DNA from: Candidatus Heimdallarchaeota archaeon
Lineage (GTDB): Archaea > Asgardarchaeota > Heimdallarchaeia > Hodarchaeales > Hodarchaeaceae
NCBI GenBank assembly: GCA_019057635.1
Contig: DXJL01000156.1
Span: 46,105 to 70,104, forward strand
Direction: 5' to 3'
DNA: 24,000 nt
Numbering within the stretch: position 1 is the first letter of the stretch; every line of letters begins with the position of its first letter. The notes under the pieces are model-generated. The model made no database searches and was not told the DNA's origin. It saw only the letters and a program-made list of their open reading frames with translations. This document shows, in pieces, positions 21,200-24,000 of the stretch. Both the position numbers and the translations under genes were made by a program.

Positions 21200-24000
21200 T
21201 TGACAGACCATGATTTTCAACCAGTTGCATGGGTTTCACTCGCCTCTCTATCAGGATTAAGCCTGGTGTCTTTAGGACAACCAGGATTAAAATCTGTGGA
21301 CGAACAAGTATATACAGGTGGTTTAACAGCTGTACAACAGATGTTGGGTGGAGAAATTGGTGGAGATACGAGCCGTTTTGTTGGGGGCAGTCATAACAAT
21401 AAAACTGGGAGATTTCTTGTAAAAACACCTGATTATGAACTTGTTGGCCAGTTTTTATTAATTTCTCGTCAGCATATTGCCGTAGCGCCTGTTCTTGTCG
21501 AGTTTTATGAGCAATTGGTTACATTCTTTGCTGAGGAGACCCTAAAAACTGATCTTGTTGAACGTGCAGAGAAGGAATTTACTGCGTTTGGAATCTCGGA
21601 TGTTTTAGATTTCTTTCTGAGTAGTATAAAGAAAGCCAGGAAAAAAGTATCAATCCCTCATAATGATAATCTTTTCAGTCAATCACTTGAAGAAAGCCTT
21701 GAAAAATCAATCAGTGATTATGAATACTCTGCTTCCTTGGTTAAAATTTCAAATCTAAAAGGAAAGTTTCATGAAATTGTTCCAACGATCCAAGCTGAAA
21801 GAAAAGATCTACTAGAAAAATTTACACATGAATTAATGGAATTCCTGGCAAGTGAATATCCTCACTCGGTTGTAATGTATTCTAAAGCGAGTTCGCTTCT
21901 AAAAGAAGTAAGAAAGTATGTTGAAAGAAACCTGGGTACTTTCAAATTTGATGCTGCATTGCAAGAAGTGATCCGTGAGTTCGAAGAGAACGATCTTCGA
22001 ATGTTTCTTGAAGATATTTCCTTACATGAAGTTACTAAGAAAAACCTTCGTTCTCGTATTGAAGATGCGATTTTTCGTAAATATCTCAAAGAGTTTCCCC
22101 TTTATTTTTTAGCAAACCCAGAAATAACCTCCTTTAACACCGAAGTAGGTCATTTAACGACACGAATAAACGAAAATTATGATATTGGGGGTACACTATC
22201 GCGAATTGCAGAAAAAATGATCGAAGATAAGATTTTTGCTAATTTACTAATACCTTACATAAGATATTTTTGTGAAGAATTTTCTGCAGGATTAACTCCT
22301 TCTGCATGGAAGTATATGCAAATCGTTTTTAAATTAATAAGTAATGAAACAAAAATTGATATCTTAGATGTATTACCCGCGATGAAAGATGAAATTCCTC
22401 CTTCTCATTTCAGTACTATCGAAAAAATGATGACTAAATTCAAGTTGACCGGAACCAAATTATCTCCGCTTTCTTTCACAGTAAAAAAAGCCAGTGATGT
22501 ACTTCCTTTTTATCGTGCTCTTTTTTCGTCTCTTGCTTTCGGTGTAAATGCAGTTATCTCGGAATTAGCATTCAGTGAGGAGAACCCAAATAATCTGCTT
22601 GAAACATTGAATAAAAATCTTGATCTTTTAGCTCGTGATCTTCACCAATCTCATGGAATTTTCAAAGTATATTCCTATTTAGAGAGCGTCCAGTCAAAAG
22701 TCTCATTTTCTTTTGCATTCCCCGATGACAAGATTACTTCGGAAAAAATCTTGAGTAATCAGCTTACAATCGATGAGTTGATGCAATCGGTGATTGATGC
22801 AAATGTGAAGAGCTTGTCAGAAGAAGGACAGCTTATTAAAAAGAAAATTACAGCGTTTCGTTCAGAATTCGATGATGAGATTAAGAATATTCTAAGATAT
22901 TTATCTCAAAAACCGCAGGATATTTCTAAAGGGTACCAACTCAAGATTGCTAAGCGACACTCGTTAAAATTTACTATAAGGCCCATATCCGAAGTAAATT
23001 CAAACATAACGAAAAATCTTTCTGAATTTGATAAATTAATGACAGACCTGCAAGAAAATCTTAAGAAATCGAAAAATGCTTCAAAAGAATTTGTAAATGG
23101 AAAATTAAAAGAGCAGGAACTTAAAAAAGTTTTGAAGAACCAAGGATTTATCAAAGACACTGAGAAAGAATTCCGAAAAATTACTGAAAAAATGGAATCA
23201 GCCGTAACAAAAAGTTACAGCAATGTATTATCTCTGGTAGAAAAGCAAGTAAAGGGTGTGTCAAAAGAAGCCTCAAAAACGTTTATGCAAGCCTGCAATT
23301 TCTTAAATATAAACAGAAAAAATCTTGCTAATCAAGATAGTAAATTAATTTCGGCCTCCTCTGCGTCAATGAAAAGCATTCAAAAATCTATCACAGAAAG
23401 TTTCGAAAAAGACCCATTCTTTGAATTTAAGAACGTAGGACGATATTATTTTTATGCAATATACAGATCTTTACCTAATAATTTACAGTCAGAAGTTTTA
23501 GACGCTCTTGTTACCAAAAAGAGTTATCCTTTTTTGAAAGAATCGATTACTAAAGTTACATCGTCATCCGATATATTCCGTAGTTATGCTAAAGTATTAG
23601 AAACGCATGCTTATGAGCTCTTATCGAATGTGTTTAGTTCTTCTGGGAAACTTGTCGGAAAAAACGTATTTAAATCTGATCCAGAAGTTAAAATAGTAAT
23701 TCAAAATAATATCCCTGTTCCAACACTTGAAGTGGGTTATCTTACAAATGAAAGGGCAGTTAAATCGTTAAAATCCCTTTATGGAACACGAATTGTTGTT
23801 GAAACAGAAAAATCAGAGAATAATGCCATTTATAGAATTTTACTTGTTGTTCCAAGTTTTAAAAGTGATTATAGTACAATGAAACATTTCTGGGAAACCA
23901 AGGATTGGACCCTGAAAAAGACTGTAATTACTCTGAGTTGGTTTTCCTTATTAGCACAGAACAAATTCTATTTGGACCTTCTTCGTTTCTCATCAGATTT
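21200..24000 (+). CDS. Large uncharacterised protein (more than 933 aa, 3' end beyond the window) with an N-terminal Roadblock/LC7/longin-like domain
   Basis: Frame 2 is open from the TAA at 21131-21133 to nt 24000 with no stop. It is not in the supplied track, presumably because it has no stop in the window. TTG at 21200 is preceded by aaaggtg (21185-21191) with an 8-nt spacer; the first in-frame ATG is at 21341. My translation begins (M)TDHDFQPVAWVSLASLSGLSLVSLGQPGLKSVDEQVYTGGLTAVQQMLGGEIGG... The remainder looks mostly helical, with a coiled-coil-like Lys/Glu stretch around 23.0-23.3 kb. Confidence 0.8.
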   Translation, partial: MTDHDFQPVAWVSLASLSGLSLVSLGQPGLKSVDEQVYTGGLTAVQQMLGGEIGGDTSRFVGGSHNNKTGRFLVKTPDYELVGQFLLISRQHIAVAPVLVEFYEQLVTFFAEETLKTDLVERAEKEFTAFGISDVLDFFLSSIKKARKKVSIPHNDNLFSQSLEESLEKSISDYEYSASLVKISNLKGKFHEIVPTIQAERKDLLEKFTHELMEFLASEYPHSVVMYSKASSLLKEVRKYVERNLGTFKFDAALQEVIREFEENDLRMFLEDISLHEVTKKNLRSRIEDAIFRKYLKEFPLYFLANPEITSFNTEVGHLTTRINENYDIGGTLSRIAEKMIEDKIFANLLIPYIRYFCEEFSAGLTPSAWKYMQIVFKLISNETKIDILDVLPAMKDEIPPSHFSTIEKMMTKFKLTGTKLSPLSFTVKKASDVLPFYRALFSSLAFGVNAVISELAFSEENPNNLLETLNKNLDLLARDLHQSHGIFKVYSYLESVQSKVSFSFAFPDDKITSEKILSNQLTIDELMQSVIDANVKSLSEEGQLIKKKITAFRSEFDDEIKNILRYLSQKPQDISKGYQLKIAKRHSLKFTIRPISEVNSNITKNLSEFDKLMTDLQENLKKSKNASKEFVNGKLKEQELKKVLKNQGFIKDTEKEFRKITEKMESAVTKSYSNVLSLVEKQVKGVSKEASKTFMQACNFLNINRKNLANQDSKLISASSASMKSIQKSITESFEKDPFFEFKNVGRYYFYAIYRSLPNNLQSEVLDALVTKKSYPFLKESITKVTSSSDIFRSYAKVLETHAYELLSNVFSSSGKLVGKNVFKSDPEVKIVIQNNIPVPTLEVGYLTNERAVKSLKSLYGTRIVVETEKSENNAIYRILLVVPSFKSDYSTMKHFWETKDWTLKKTVITLSWFSLLAQNKFYLDLLRFSSD

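Noticed and set aside
21210-21260. ATG at 21210 as the start of the large ORF
   Set aside because: It is in frame 3 and terminates after 16 codons (taa at 21258-21260). The long frame is frame 2, with TTG at 21200 or ATG at 21341.
21192-23160. Minus-strand ORFs 21192-21428, 21862-22089 and 22906-23160
   Set aside because: All lie antisense within the uninterrupted reading frame of more than 933 codons on the + strand. Their translations are Ser/Phe/Leu-rich shadows.
1-24000. Scan for CRISPR arrays, tandem repeats, tRNA and rRNA genes
   Set aside because: I saw no regularly spaced direct repeats, no cloverleaf-compatible GC-rich 70-90-nt segments and no rRNA-like conserved stretches. Intergenic regions are short or uniformly AT-rich. 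A tRNAscan/Infernal run would be needed for certainty.

Overview
AT-rich, gene-dense window of about 22 genes. It looks archaeal: a PF01637-type 'GPRRIGKS' ATPase, an archaeal-sized RNase J, AlaX-M, and a Ras-superfamily GTPase beside a Roadblock/longin-like protein. Asgard-like affiliation is inference only. All calls rest on motif reading of translated ORFs, with no searches run.

- **1-7.3 kb:** a 5'-truncated CopA Cu-ATPase, a stand-alone PEP/pyruvate-binding ATP-grasp protein, a P-loop ATPase with wHTH, a polytopic membrane protein (GT-C-like) and an RNase J-type beta-CASP nuclease.
- **7.3-15.0 kb:** an accessory island with four DNA methyltransferases of different architectures and no recognisable restriction nuclease. 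It is interrupted by a tnpA-less IS200/IS605-type tnpB element that is visibly more GC-rich than its surroundings, plus a HAD phosphatase.
- **15.1-18.9 kb:** housekeeping-type genes (DUF457 hydrolase, AlaX, CoADR/NADH oxidase, RidA, PPC/DUF296).
- **19.1-24.0 kb, the most interesting part:** an uncharacterised module of four genes.
  - A Zn-ribbon/HTH/restriction-endonuclease-like protein.
  - A TTG-initiated small GTPase with an intact P-loop but degenerate G3 and G4 motifs, starting 16 nt downstream.
  - A convergent small Cys-containing ORF.
  - A reading frame of more than 933 codons (21200 to the window end) that is absent from the supplied ORF track because it has no stop in the window. 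Its N-terminus looks like a Roadblock/LC7/longin-type GTPase-regulatory domain. The rest matches nothing I recognise.

No rRNA, tRNA or CRISPR array was seen.
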